A stretch of DNA of 64,000 bases. It comes from an uncultured Eubacteriales bacterium. GTDB taxonomy: Bacteria > Bacillota > Clostridia > Oscillospirales > CAG-272. Made by a program: the position numbers and the translations under genes. How positions within the stretch are numbered: the first letter of the stretch is position 1; each line of letters opens with the position of its first letter. The notes under the pieces were generated by a model. That model did no database searches. It worked only from the letters and a program-made list of their open reading frames with translations, and had not been told where the DNA came from. Below, piece after piece: positions 35,281-43,648 of the stretch. The stretch covers positions 2,222-66,221 of the forward strand of contig CAUGPT010000003.1 of the NCBI GenBank assembly GCA_959601495.1. The letters are read 5' to 3'.

Positions 35281-35853
35281 ATGGCATCAGACAGCGCCGT
35301 TTCCGCTATCAGGAGAACAAAAGCAAAAAAGATCATTTTTCTTATAATCGGATGGATGATCGCGGCTTTCAACGGGTCATTGGCACTTATATGTTCGTTC
35401 GCCACCGGACACAAGGATAAATCTTCTGTTTTTCTGTTATTTCTCTTTTTGTCTATCGCGTCAGTGGGAGTGCTGTTTATTGTGATAGGCACAAAAGCAA
35501 AGCATTTGCTCCGCAATTATTATGATTACTCGGCAAGGCTGTCCGCCGACCCGAACGGCTCCATAGACCTATTGGCGGCAGCGCTGGGCAAGCCCGCATC
35601 CGATCTTGCAAAAGAACTTTCGGAAATGATAACTCTGGGCTTTTTCCCGGGAGCGTTTATTGACACCAAGTACAACCGCGTGGTCTTCACGGGCGGTGAT
35701 CCGACAAAAGCAAAAGCTGCCGTCGGGCAAGCATCCGGACATTCGTCAAGATATGTTATGGTGAAATGCAAAGGATGCGGGGCAACGAACAAGATACTTT
35801 CGGGCACCGTCGGCGAATGTGAATACTGCGGCTCACGCCTGTCCGCAAACTGA
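35281..35853 (+). CDS. membrane protein with a C-terminal zinc ribbon (hypothetical)
   Basis: Two TM segments, a soluble linker domain, and the C-terminus VKCKGCGATNKILSGTVGECEYCGSRL. RBS AGAGGA. Confidence 0.7.
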   Translation: MASDSAVSAIRRTKAKKIIFLIIGWMIAAFNGSLALICSFATGHKDKSSVFLLFLFLSIASVGVLFIVIGTKAKHLLRNYYDYSARLSADPNGSIDLLAAALGKPASDLAKELSEMITLGFFPGAFIDTKYNRVVFTGGDPTKAKAAVGQASGHSSRYVMVKCKGCGATNKILSGTVGECEYCGSRLSAN

Positions 35854-35867
35854 GGAGAAAAACAGAA

Positions 35868-36512
35868 TTGCAGAAAAAAGGTTCTTCATGGGGCATCATA
35901 GCGCTGTGGTTCGTTTTGTTTTTCCCCGTCGCCGTTGTTCTGACAGTCAAAAAGATGAGCGGAGAAAAGCTCAGCTACATCCAAAACGGAAAAGCGCTGC
36001 GCATCATCGGGTACATATTGCTCGGTTTCGCCGCCCTGTATCTTGTGCTTGCGCTGACAGGAAATCTTAAGACCGAAGACGGCTCAAGCATTGTCGGCGG
36101 AGTTATTGTTGCCGAGGCTGTTTTCGGCGGCGGTGCACTGTGCGTGTTCTACGGTACGGCTTTTATAAGACGGGGCAAAAAATACAAAAGATACATATCA
36201 GTCATAAATACAAGCAATGATCTCATCATCGACAATATCGCGTCGCAGATACCCACAACTTATGATAAAGCGGTGAGAGATATCCAATCCATGCTGGACG
36301 ACGGATTTTTCATGAACGCCAGGCTGGATCTCGGCCAAAGAGAGCTTATCATGCCGAGGAGATCGGCAAACCGCGGCGCCGCCGGTCCGGATCGGACCTG
36401 CGTGAGTGCACCAAAGCAGACACTCTGCGTAAAGTGTAAAAATTGCGGAGCAACAAATACCGTTGTTTCGGGTGAAAGAAATGAATGTGAATACTGCGGT
36501 TCGCCGCTGTAG
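35868..36512 (+). CDS. membrane protein with a C-terminal zinc ribbon (paralog of the preceding gene)
   Basis: TTG start after GAGGAG. Several TM segments, then VKCKNCGATNTVVSGERNECEYCGSPL. Confidence 0.65.
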   Translation: MQKKGSSWGIIALWFVLFFPVAVVLTVKKMSGEKLSYIQNGKALRIIGYILLGFAALYLVLALTGNLKTEDGSSIVGGVIVAEAVFGGGALCVFYGTAFIRRGKKYKRYISVINTSNDLIIDNIASQIPTTYDKAVRDIQSMLDDGFFMNARLDLGQRELIMPRRSANRGAAGPDRTCVSAPKQTLCVKCKNCGATNTVVSGERNECEYCGSPL

Positions 36513-36528
36513 ATCGGAGAAATGATCA

Positions 36529-36888
36529 ATGAAATGTCAGAATTGCGGTACGGAGTTTGAAGGAAACTTCTGTACAAACTGCGGCTCTCCCGCCGCGGGA
36601 CCGACGGCTGTGCAGCGCGCGCCGATCGGCGGCGCCGGCTTGGTATGCAAAAAGTGCGGCAGCAGTAGTATCAGTGTTCAGGTCGTGAATGAAGTAAAAC
36701 TGAAAAACAAGCGCCACGGCTGCGCCTGGTGGATATTCGTCGGCTGGTGGTGGGTCCCCTGCAAATGGCTGTTCTTTACATTGCCCGCGCTGATCTTCAA
36801 GATCTTCAGCCACAAAAAGCAGGAAGCCGTAAACAAACAGAAAACTATATGTGTATGTCAGAATTGCGGATATACATGGGAAAAATAA
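36529..36888 (+). CDS. zinc-ribbon / Trp-rich TM / zinc-ribbon small protein (hypothetical)
   Basis: MKCQNCGTEFEGNFCTNCGSP..., KKCGSS..., the hydrophobic segment WWIFVGWWWVPCKWLFFTLPALIF, and CVCQNCGYTW. Confidence 0.7.
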   Translation: MKCQNCGTEFEGNFCTNCGSPAAGPTAVQRAPIGGAGLVCKKCGSSSISVQVVNEVKLKNKRHGCAWWIFVGWWWVPCKWLFFTLPALIFKIFSHKKQEAVNKQKTICVCQNCGYTWEK

Positions 36889-36903
36889 ACGGAGGAAAGA
36901 AAA

Positions 36904-37776
36904 ATGAAATGTAACTATTGCGGAACAGAGTTTGAGGGCAAGTTCTGCCCCAATTGCGGAGCACCTAACGGTGAAACCGCGGCAGCAGCCGCAGCCGGAC
37001 AGCAGCCGTCGGAAAACGGCGCAAACGGCGCGCAGCCCGAAATTCAGGCAGCGGCGCCCGAAGCGCCCGCGCCTGCCGCGAAAGCGAAAAAATCCATATT
37101 CAAAAGATGGTGGTTCTGGGTCATCATCGGCGTAGCTTCGATCGGTATTCTCGGCGCAGCGGTCGGCGGCGGAGATGACGACAAAACGGTAAAGCCGAAG
37201 GATACATCCTCGTCTCAGGTCGCGGACAATAAGGACAGCGGCGAAAACAGCAGCGCTGACGAGGCTGCGGTAACCGTTGTTGATTTCTCCTCAATGAGCA
37301 AGGCGGATATCGAAGCATGGGCAGCGCAGAATGACGTTACCGTTACATTCAGCGAAGATTACTCCGACAGCGTTGAGATCGGAGCGCTAGTCAGCCAGAG
37401 CAAAAAGGCTGACGAGACCGTAAAAGCCGGCGCCACCGTCAATGTCGTGCTTTCAAAGGGAAAGAAGCCTTCCGCCGAGTACCTCAACGCTCTGAAAAAG
37501 GCTGAATCCTATTCCAAGCTCATGCATATGTCGAAAAAGGCGATCTACGATCAGCTCACATCGGAATACGGCGAGCAGTTCCCTGCCGATGCGGCACAGT
37601 ACGCGATAGATAATATGACAGCCGATTGGTACGCAAACGCTCTTGAAAAAGCAAAATCATACCGCGACACCATGAATATGTCCAAAAACGCCATCTATGA
37701 TCAGCTGATCTCCGAATACGGTGAGCAGTTCACAGCGGACGAAGCTCAGTACGCTGTCGATCACATGGACGATTGA
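36904..37776 (+). CDS. zinc ribbon - TM - PASTA-like - 2x Ltp-like (host cell surface-exposed lipoprotein family) repeat protein
   Basis: MKCNYCGTEFEGKFCPNCGAP, then the TM segment WWFWVIIGVASIGILGAAV. Next comes a PASTA-like segment VTVVDFSSMSKADIEAWAAQNDV...GATVNVVLSKG. Two repeats follow: NALKKAESYSKLMHMSKKAIYDQLTSEYGEQFPADAAQYAID and NALEKAKSYRDTMNMSKNAIYDQLISEYGEQFTADEAQYAVD. Confidence 0.75.
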   Translation: MKCNYCGTEFEGKFCPNCGAPNGETAAAAAAGQQPSENGANGAQPEIQAAAPEAPAPAAKAKKSIFKRWWFWVIIGVASIGILGAAVGGGDDDKTVKPKDTSSSQVADNKDSGENSSADEAAVTVVDFSSMSKADIEAWAAQNDVTVTFSEDYSDSVEIGALVSQSKKADETVKAGATVNVVLSKGKKPSAEYLNALKKAESYSKLMHMSKKAIYDQLTSEYGEQFPADAAQYAIDNMTADWYANALEKAKSYRDTMNMSKNAIYDQLISEYGEQFTADEAQYAVDHMDD

Positions 37777-37980
37777 GTCGCGCGGGCAGTCACTTATAAT
37801 AAACATAAACAGATGACACCGCCCATACACCGCACCGCACATAAGAGCATATAGTATTTAAGGCTTCGTTCATCCCGCCGTCTGCAGCCCGCGGGCTGCA
37901 GACGGCAAAACGGACAGCTGCCGCATATGAGCATTGCGGACGGTGGACCGCGAAGTCAAATAATGATCGCAAAATTCCGA

Positions 37981-38031
37981 AGCACCGCGTGAAAACAGAT
38001 GACCGCACTCTGTTTTCACGCGGTGCTTTTT
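37981..38031 (+). terminator. strong rho-independent terminator in the 37.8-38.2 kb intergenic region
   Basis: AGCACCGCGTGAAAACAG-11 nt-CTGTTTTCACGCGGTGCT-TTTTT. Confidence 0.8.
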
Positions 38032-38188
38032 ATATAAGAAAAGCAAATGCCGCTTCTCATACACTCCCGACGATCGCAATCAGCCCATCCGCGCACCGAG
38101 GCATAAATATACCGGGCGGGTATAAATCGCCTTTTCTTACAAATACTATTTCTGCGAGAAAGCACAAGCATCAAAAAGGAGATAATAT

Positions 38189-38725
38189 ATGAAAGCTACA
38201 GGAATAGTACGAAGGATCGACGATCTCGGACGCGTCGTGATTCCTAAGGAGATAAGAAGGACCATGCGTATACGCGAGGGCGACCCGCTTGAAATATACA
38301 CCGACCGCGACGGCGAAGTTATATTCAAAAAATACTCCCCCATCGGCGAGCTTTCCCAGTTTGCCGCGCAGTATGCGGAGACACTTAACAAGACCTGCGG
38401 ACTGGCTGTGGTCATATGCGACCGCGACGCGGTCATCGCCGGTGCGGGCGTCCCCAAACGGGAATACACGGACAGAAAGCTGTCGTCCGAGTTTGAGAGC
38501 ATCATCGAAGCCAGAACTCTTTTCACGGCGGGCGCTGAGGAAATTCCCATCGTGGACGGCAGTCAGTGCTTTATAAGCTGCGCTATGCCCATTATCACCG
38601 ACGGTGATATTACCGGCTGCGTGGCATCAGTGCTGCAGCCTGATGTGCCCAAACTGCAGGGAAACCTTGAAACAAAGCTCATTCAGACCGCCGCCGGATT
38701 TCTCGGCAGGCAGCTTGAGGGCTGA
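38189..38725 (+). CDS. spoVT: stage V sporulation protein T (AbrB-family transcriptional regulator)
   Basis: MKATGIVRRIDDLGRVVIPKEIRRTMRIREGDPLEIY (SpoVT-AbrB swapped hairpin) plus a GAF-like C-terminal domain. AAGGAG RBS. Confidence 0.9.
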   Translation: MKATGIVRRIDDLGRVVIPKEIRRTMRIREGDPLEIYTDRDGEVIFKKYSPIGELSQFAAQYAETLNKTCGLAVVICDRDAVIAGAGVPKREYTDRKLSSEFESIIEARTLFTAGAEEIPIVDGSQCFISCAMPIITDGDITGCVASVLQPDVPKLQGNLETKLIQTAAGFLGRQLEG

Positions 38726-38974
38726 AGGAAAATACAAAAAGACAAACCGCGGCGCTCGGCAAAAAAGCCTTGTACAAGCTCCGCAACGCTTCAGAGCACG
38801 CGCGTGCGGTACCCATTTTGAGTACACACGCACGATCCGCGGCTACGGATCGCAAGACTTCGGGTTCGGCGGTACATGTACCGCAAGGCAACCGTGTCTG
38901 CGTTCCTTATATGCCGCCGCAGCCCTTGCGCACACTCCGACGAAGCAGTTTACCGTTTCAGATCGGCATCACGG

Positions 38975-39024
38975 AAAAAAAGCCTTGCATCCCGCTGCAT
39001 GCGAAACGCAAGGCTTTTCTTTTG
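38975..39024. terminator. bidirectional terminator between spoVT and glycerate kinase
   Basis: AAAAAA-AGCCTTGC...GCAAGGCT-TTTCTTTT. Confidence 0.65.
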
Positions 39025-39029
39025 ATATG

Positions 39030-40148
39030 TTACACGGAATGCTTCTCTTTCCAGTCCGCAAAGAACTTTTCCGCGCTGCGCATAAGGTTGTCGGAGGCAT
39101 TCTCAAACGCCTCGTCGTCCCCCTGCCCGTTTGCAATGGGCACGACGTATATATTCTCTCCCACGGGCGTTCCGTCGTAGCGCCCGCAGAATACGACGCA
39201 AGGCTTGCCGTCCTCTATACGGCTGATGACGCCGCCGACCGCCTTGCCCATAAAGCTCTGGCTGTCGAAGCTGCCCTCGCCGGTCACTATCATGTCGCAG
39301 TCTCTAGCGGCGCGTCTGAATTTATACACGTCAAGAACGGCATCTATGCCGGACACGACATTTGCCTTGAGAAATGCCAGCGCGCCGTACGCAATGCCGC
39401 CCGCGGCGCCCGCACCCTCAATATCGGCGCAGTTCGTTCCCGTGACGCGTCTGACGACTCTGTCAAACTTTTTGTCGCCGTCCTCAAGACGCTTTACGCC
39501 TGCCGCATCCGCACCCTTCTGCGGCGCAAACACCTTAGCGCAGCCGCTCTTTCCGAGCAGCGGATTCTTAACGTCGCAAAGCAGTGTGAACTCCACATCG
39601 CTGTATTTGGAAAAAGCCTGATTGTATTCTATATTCTCCACCCTGTGCAGCGTGCCGCCCACGGGAGTAAAATGGTTGCCGCATATATCAACGAAGCTGA
39701 CTCCCATGGCGCTGAGCATGCCCGCGCCGCAGTCGTTCGTGCAGCTGCCGCCGAGCGCAAGGATTATTCTGTGCGCGCCCCTTGAAGTCGCAAACGATAT
39801 CATCTGACCGACGCCGTAGCTTGACGTTTTCTCGGGATTTGACCGTTTGCCGGCAAGCGTCAGCCCCACTGCCTGTGAGCACTCGATAACGGCACAGCGG
39901 CCGTCGTCCACAAAACCGATGCCTGCCTTTACCTTCTTTCCGAAAGGCCCCTCGACCTCGATCTTTTCAAAACGTCCGCCCAGATACGACGTTACAAGGG
40001 CTGCCGTGCCCTCTCCGCCGTCGGCAAGCGGCATATTTATAAAGCCGCAGTCGCCGAAGGCGCGCTTCGCGGCGTGAGTTATGACTTTGACCGCCTTTTC
40101 GGCGCTTATCGTCCCCTTAAAAGAATCCGGAGCGATCAGAATTTTCAT
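39030..40148 (-). CDS. glxK: glycerate kinase
   Basis: MKILIAPDSFKGTISA...PLADGGEGT...GGSCTNDCGAGM...IVTGEGSFDSQS are glycerate kinase family signatures. Start at ATG 40148 behind GGGGGA. Confidence 0.85.
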   Translation of the reverse strand: MKILIAPDSFKGTISAEKAVKVITHAAKRAFGDCGFINMPLADGGEGTAALVTSYLGGRFEKIEVEGPFGKKVKAGIGFVDDGRCAVIECSQAVGLTLAGKRSNPEKTSSYGVGQMISFATSRGAHRIILALGGSCTNDCGAGMLSAMGVSFVDICGNHFTPVGGTLHRVENIEYNQAFSKYSDVEFTLLCDVKNPLLGKSGCAKVFAPQKGADAAGVKRLEDGDKKFDRVVRRVTGTNCADIEGAGAAGGIAYGALAFLKANVVSGIDAVLDVYKFRRAARDCDMIVTGEGSFDSQSFMGKAVGGVISRIEDGKPCVVFCGRYDGTPVGENIYVVPIANGQGDDEAFENASDNLMRSAEKFFADWKEKHSV

Positions 40149-40312
40149 GAACTTATCCCCCAAAAATTCCAGAATTAAGCATAACCGTCTCGCTTATAAT
40201 GCAATTATAACATATAATTACACAAATTGAAAGTCTTTTTTGGTAAAAAAACATATAAATTTTATGAGGAAAAAATCAAAAAATCATATTTGAAGCAAAA
40301 GAATAATAATTC

Positions 40313-40341
40313 TTGACAAATTTACGCATATGTTGTATAAT
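40313..40341 (+). promoter_or_regulatory. consensus sigma-A promoter upstream of the TetR gene
   Basis: TTGACA, 17 nt, TATAAT, followed by nested inverted repeats. Confidence 0.65.
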
Positions 40342-40438
40342 CGTGTTGTAAAGTTGTTGTTTAAAATATCGCTTCGGCAATGAGATATTTAAAATAGCGT
40401 TTTACAATTATTGGCAGCCACAGCAAAGGAGAAATAAT

Positions 40439-41026
40439 ATGTCAAGACAGCATCAGCAGGAAAGAAGCGAAGCAGTAAAGCAGATGATCCTTCAGGCAGC
40501 GCTCAACATCGGGCTTGAAGAAGGCAACGAAAATGTTACCGTACGTCGTATAGGCGAGCGTATCGGTTATTCTACCGGAGTAATATATTACCATTTTAAA
40601 GATAAACAGGATATTCTTGATGAGCTTGCGCGTCAGCTTGACCGTGAAGCATACGAGACCGCAAAGTCTTTTATAGATATGGACAAACCGGTCAAAGAGG
40701 CGCTGAAAGGTCTTTACATCAGCATAGCCGATCTGTCGGAAAGGGCTCCCTCCGACTACAAGCGCCTTTTTACCAACAGACGCAAGTACGGAAGCAGCCA
40801 AACCGTATGGATAGGGCTTATTAAAGAGCTTATGGATATCGCCGTCGAACGCGGAGAGCTCCGGATAAAGGACACTGCGATTGCTTCCACTTGCCTTCTC
40901 AGCTATATAATCGGCAGCAATATACTTTTTGTTGAGCTTAAAAGCGGCGTCGCCGGCAGCTCCAAGGATTATGCCGACCGCGTAGTAGACGTTATCCTCA
41001 ACGGTTTAATAAACGCCGGCATCTGA
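40439..41026 (+). CDS. TetR/AcrR family transcriptional regulator
   Basis: N-terminal HTH ILQAALNIGLEEGNENVTVRRIGERIGYSTGVIYYHFKDKQDIL. Confidence 0.85.
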   Translation: MSRQHQQERSEAVKQMILQAALNIGLEEGNENVTVRRIGERIGYSTGVIYYHFKDKQDILDELARQLDREAYETAKSFIDMDKPVKEALKGLYISIADLSERAPSDYKRLFTNRRKYGSSQTVWIGLIKELMDIAVERGELRIKDTAIASTCLLSYIIGSNILFVELKSGVAGSSKDYADRVVDVILNGLINAGI

Positions 41027-41042
41027 CAGTATATATATGCAT

Positions 41043-41078
41043 AAAAAAGCTCTCTGCTGTTTTGCAGAGAGCTTTTTT
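41043..41078 (+). terminator. rho-independent terminator of the TetR gene
   Basis: AAAAAAGCTCTCTGC-TGTTTT-GCAGAGAGCTTTTTT. Confidence 0.8.
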
Positions 41079-41571
41079 CACATAGGGGATAGGTGCGCGC
41101 ATTATACGGCGAACGGGCTGCGATACAAAGCGTGTAAAATCAGGCAGTACCGTACGGGCGCGTGCCGAACGGTCTTATCGCGACGCGAGGGCGGCGTCCG
41201 GCGGGTCCCGCCGCGGCTGTAAGGCAAAGCCCGCGCATCTTCTGCGTTTAGAAATACAAAGAAAGAAGCAGCCGCGCTCCGTGCGCCTCGCGTCAGGAAT
41301 AACTCCCTCGCGATTACTGCTTCCGAAATAAGTGTATCAGTCCCGCCGCAAGTTGTCAAGGGTAATATTCGGAATGCTCGCACGGAAGTCTTTCCCGAAC
41401 GTTTTCGATATACTTCCCGCCCGAAAGGTATGTACGGCAAAGGTGCAGCGTTTTCCGAAGGACCCGGAGAAAGAGGCGCCGTATGGCAGCTGTCGGAAGA
41501 ATCAAATTTTGATAACTCCTCGACGCAGAAAAAAATTTATGATATAATCAAATCAGGAATGGAGGACGAAG

Positions 41572-41766
41572 ATGGAAAATCATTCGATCAAAGATTTAGA
41601 GACATACAAAAAGCTTGTAGAGAAATGTCTCAGGGAGAACTACAATCATACAGAGAACGCCGTACAATACTTAATGAAAGAGTACGAGCCGGACTTCAAG
41701 AGTATTTTCGAAGAAGGATTCTCTCCGGAAGGAGCAGCAATCGGTATGGTAATGAATTTGCTCTGA
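41572..41766 (+). CDS. hypothetical small protein (64 aa) in an AT-rich islet
   Basis: GGAGGA RBS 5 nt upstream. An extended -10 (TGATATAAT) lies at about 41540. Plausible helical sequence MENHSIKDLETYKKLVEKCLRENYNH... A coding-like frame continues downstream in another frame (possible frameshift). Confidence 0.4.
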   Translation: MENHSIKDLETYKKLVEKCLRENYNHTENAVQYLMKEYEPDFKSIFEEGFSPEGAAIGMVMNLL

Positions 41767-41975
41767 CCTCCAAAGAAGGAAACAAATTCAAGGTCGTTAT
41801 TGTCGACGCGACTTCGGACGAGCAATGCTCCGAAACAATACAAAAGGGTTTGGAGAAATTTCACAGTTCGAAGTCCGAGACGGAGTATATACAAAGGATG
41901 AAGGAAGCGTTTCCGTACGCATTCAAGGACTGAAGTTTTCTGAAAAAGCGATCAAAAACACGGAGGGTTTGACAT

Positions 41976-42149
41976 ATGGATACTAAAGATACTAAAACGA
42001 CGTCAGATGCGGAGAAAGACCTGTCCTCAGAGAAGAAAGTGCACATTTACACAGCGGAAGAAATGGACAAAATGGACACGGAAATGTTCTGTCGAGCAGT
42101 GAAAGCAGCGAAAAAATACAAGGAACAGTTGACGAAAGCGAAGAAATAA
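41976..42149 (+). CDS. hypothetical small protein (57 aa)
   Basis: GGAGGG RBS, MDTKDTKTTSDAEKDLSSEKKVHIYTAEEMDKMDTEMFCRAVKAAKKYKEQLTKAKK, followed by a terminator. Confidence 0.4.
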   Translation: MDTKDTKTTSDAEKDLSSEKKVHIYTAEEMDKMDTEMFCRAVKAAKKYKEQLTKAKK

Positions 42150-42210
42150 AGGCTTCGGACGAAGCATATCGCGCCCGCCGCGGGAGATCGGCATAAGAAG
42201 TAAACGGCGC

Positions 42211-42258
42211 AAAAGCGGCGGAGCCGTGGGAAATTCTCCCACGGCTCCGCCGTTTTTT
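42211..42258. terminator. bidirectional rho-independent terminator
   Basis: GGCGGAGCCGTGGGA-AATTC-TCCCACGGCTCCGCC with TTTTTT on plus and TTTT on minus. Confidence 0.8.
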
Positions 42259-42412
42259 ATTTATCCTTTTCCTCTTTTCCTGCCTTGCGGCGGGTCACGA
42301 GGTTCAGAAGCATTACGGTAACCACGATCACGGCGGTCACAATAAATACTCCCGCCATTCCCTTGCCTATTACGGGCAGCACGTCGTACAGTGCATGAAT
42401 ATCGAATTTCAT
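42257..42412 (-). CDS. OadG-family sodium-pump decarboxylase gamma subunit (51 aa)
   Basis: Not in the ORF track because it is under 60 aa. GAGG RBS. MKFDIHALYDVLPVIGKGMAGVFIVTAVIVVTVMLLNLVTRRKAGKEEKDK has the single-TM OadG-like layout. Confidence 0.6.
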   Translation of the reverse strand: MKFDIHALYDVLPVIGKGMAGVFIVTAVIVVTVMLLNLVTRRKAGKEEKDK

Positions 42413-42517
42413 ATATTTTACCTCATTATATATTTGTAGGTTCGCATTTCCCGCCTGCGGGCGGAAATGTGTTTTTTTGCAAATGCCGAATATTCTCCGC
42501 GGCTATATACCGCGGCG

Positions 42518-43648
42518 TCAGCGGGGGATAAGGTTCAGTATCATGCCGCCCGCGATGACGGAGGCTATCTGACCCGACACGTTAACTCCTACGGCGTGCA
42601 TGAGCAGAAAGTTCTGGTTATCCTCTTTAAGTCCCATTTTGTGGACGACACGCGCGGACATGGGGAAAGCGGATATGCCCGCCGCGCCTATCATGGGGTT
42701 GATCTTCTTTGATTTCGGCAGGAAAATGTTTATGAGCTTTGCAAACAGAACGCCGCCCGCCGTATCGAATATGAATGCCACAAGTCCGAGGGCGAGTATC
42801 ATGAGCGTCTGCAGGGTAAGGAAGTAGCGCGCCTGCATTTTAGTCGCGATCGTCAGACCGAGGAGAAGCGTTACAAGGTTCGGCAGCACCTTCTGCGCCG
42901 TTTCGGAAAGCGAGTCAAGCACTCCGCATTCGCGTATGAGGTTGCCGAACATCAGAAAGCCTATAAGCGCAACGCTGCGGGGCGAGACTATACCTGTTAT
43001 TACGGTTATGACTATGGGGAAAAGGATACGCGTCGTTTTGGAGACTGCCGCGGGTCTGTACTCCATACGGATGAGGCGCTCTTTTTTCGTCGTCAGAAGC
43101 TTTATGACGGGCGGCTGCACGATGGGCACGAGCGCCATGTACGAATACGCCGCGACCATGATCGCTCCCGTATAAAGAGAGTCGAAATAGTTTGCGACGA
43201 ATATGGATGTGGGTCCGTCCGCCGCGCCGATTATGGCAATAGACGCCGCGTCCTTTGTATCAAAGCCGAGCAGCGCCGCAACACCGAGAGTGAAGAATAT
43301 GCCGAACTGCGCGGCGGCTCCGAATATCATAAGCTTCGGATTTGACAGAAGCGGTCCGAAATCTATCATTGCGCCGATGCCGATGAACAGCAGCAGCGGA
43401 AACAGCTCGTTCGCAATGCCCGCGTTGAACAGAACGTCGATGATCCCCTCTTCCGTCGCGCCGTCGTACACCTGGTTCACCGCGCCGGACAGCGGCAGGT
43501 TTACAAGGATCGCGCCGAAGCCGATAGGAAGCAGCAGCGTCGGCTCCATATCCTTTTTGATAGCAAGAAAGATCAGCACCGCGCCGATCACCCACATGAC
43601 GACTTCGCGCCATGTGATATTCAGAACGTTTGAAAACAGCTCTGCCAT
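42518..43648 (-). CDS. sodium ion-translocating decarboxylase, beta subunit (OadB/GcdB/MmdB family)
   Basis: 376 aa polytopic membrane protein with FLAIKKDMEPTLLLPIGFGAILVN...IGAADGPTSI...AAGISAFPMSARV, typical of the family. Confidence 0.85.
   Translation of the reverse strand: MAELFSNVLNITWREVVMWVIGAVLIFLAIKKDMEPTLLLPIGFGAILVNLPLSGAVNQVYDGATEEGIIDVLFNAGIANELFPLLLFIGIGAMIDFGPLLSNPKLMIFGAAAQFGIFFTLGVAALLGFDTKDAASIAIIGAADGPTSIFVANYFDSLYTGAIMVAAYSYMALVPIVQPPVIKLLTTKKERLIRMEYRPAAVSKTTRILFPIVITVITGIVSPRSVALIGFLMFGNLIRECGVLDSLSETAQKVLPNLVTLLLGLTIATKMQARYFLTLQTLMILALGLVAFIFDTAGGVLFAKLINIFLPKSKKINPMIGAAGISAFPMSARVVHKMGLKEDNQNFLLMHAVGVNVSGQIASVIAGGMILNLIPR

Noticed and set aside
38604-39785. 393-aa plus-strand ORF
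   Set aside because: It is antisense to glycerate kinase, which has unmistakable family motifs, and it begins inside spoVT.
41430-41933. 167-aa ORF from the track
   Set aside because: Its first two thirds are Arg/Ser-rich and overlap a better 64-aa ORF that has a strong RBS in another frame. Only its last ~55 codons look coding. I treated it as a frame mixture and possible frameshift rather than a gene.
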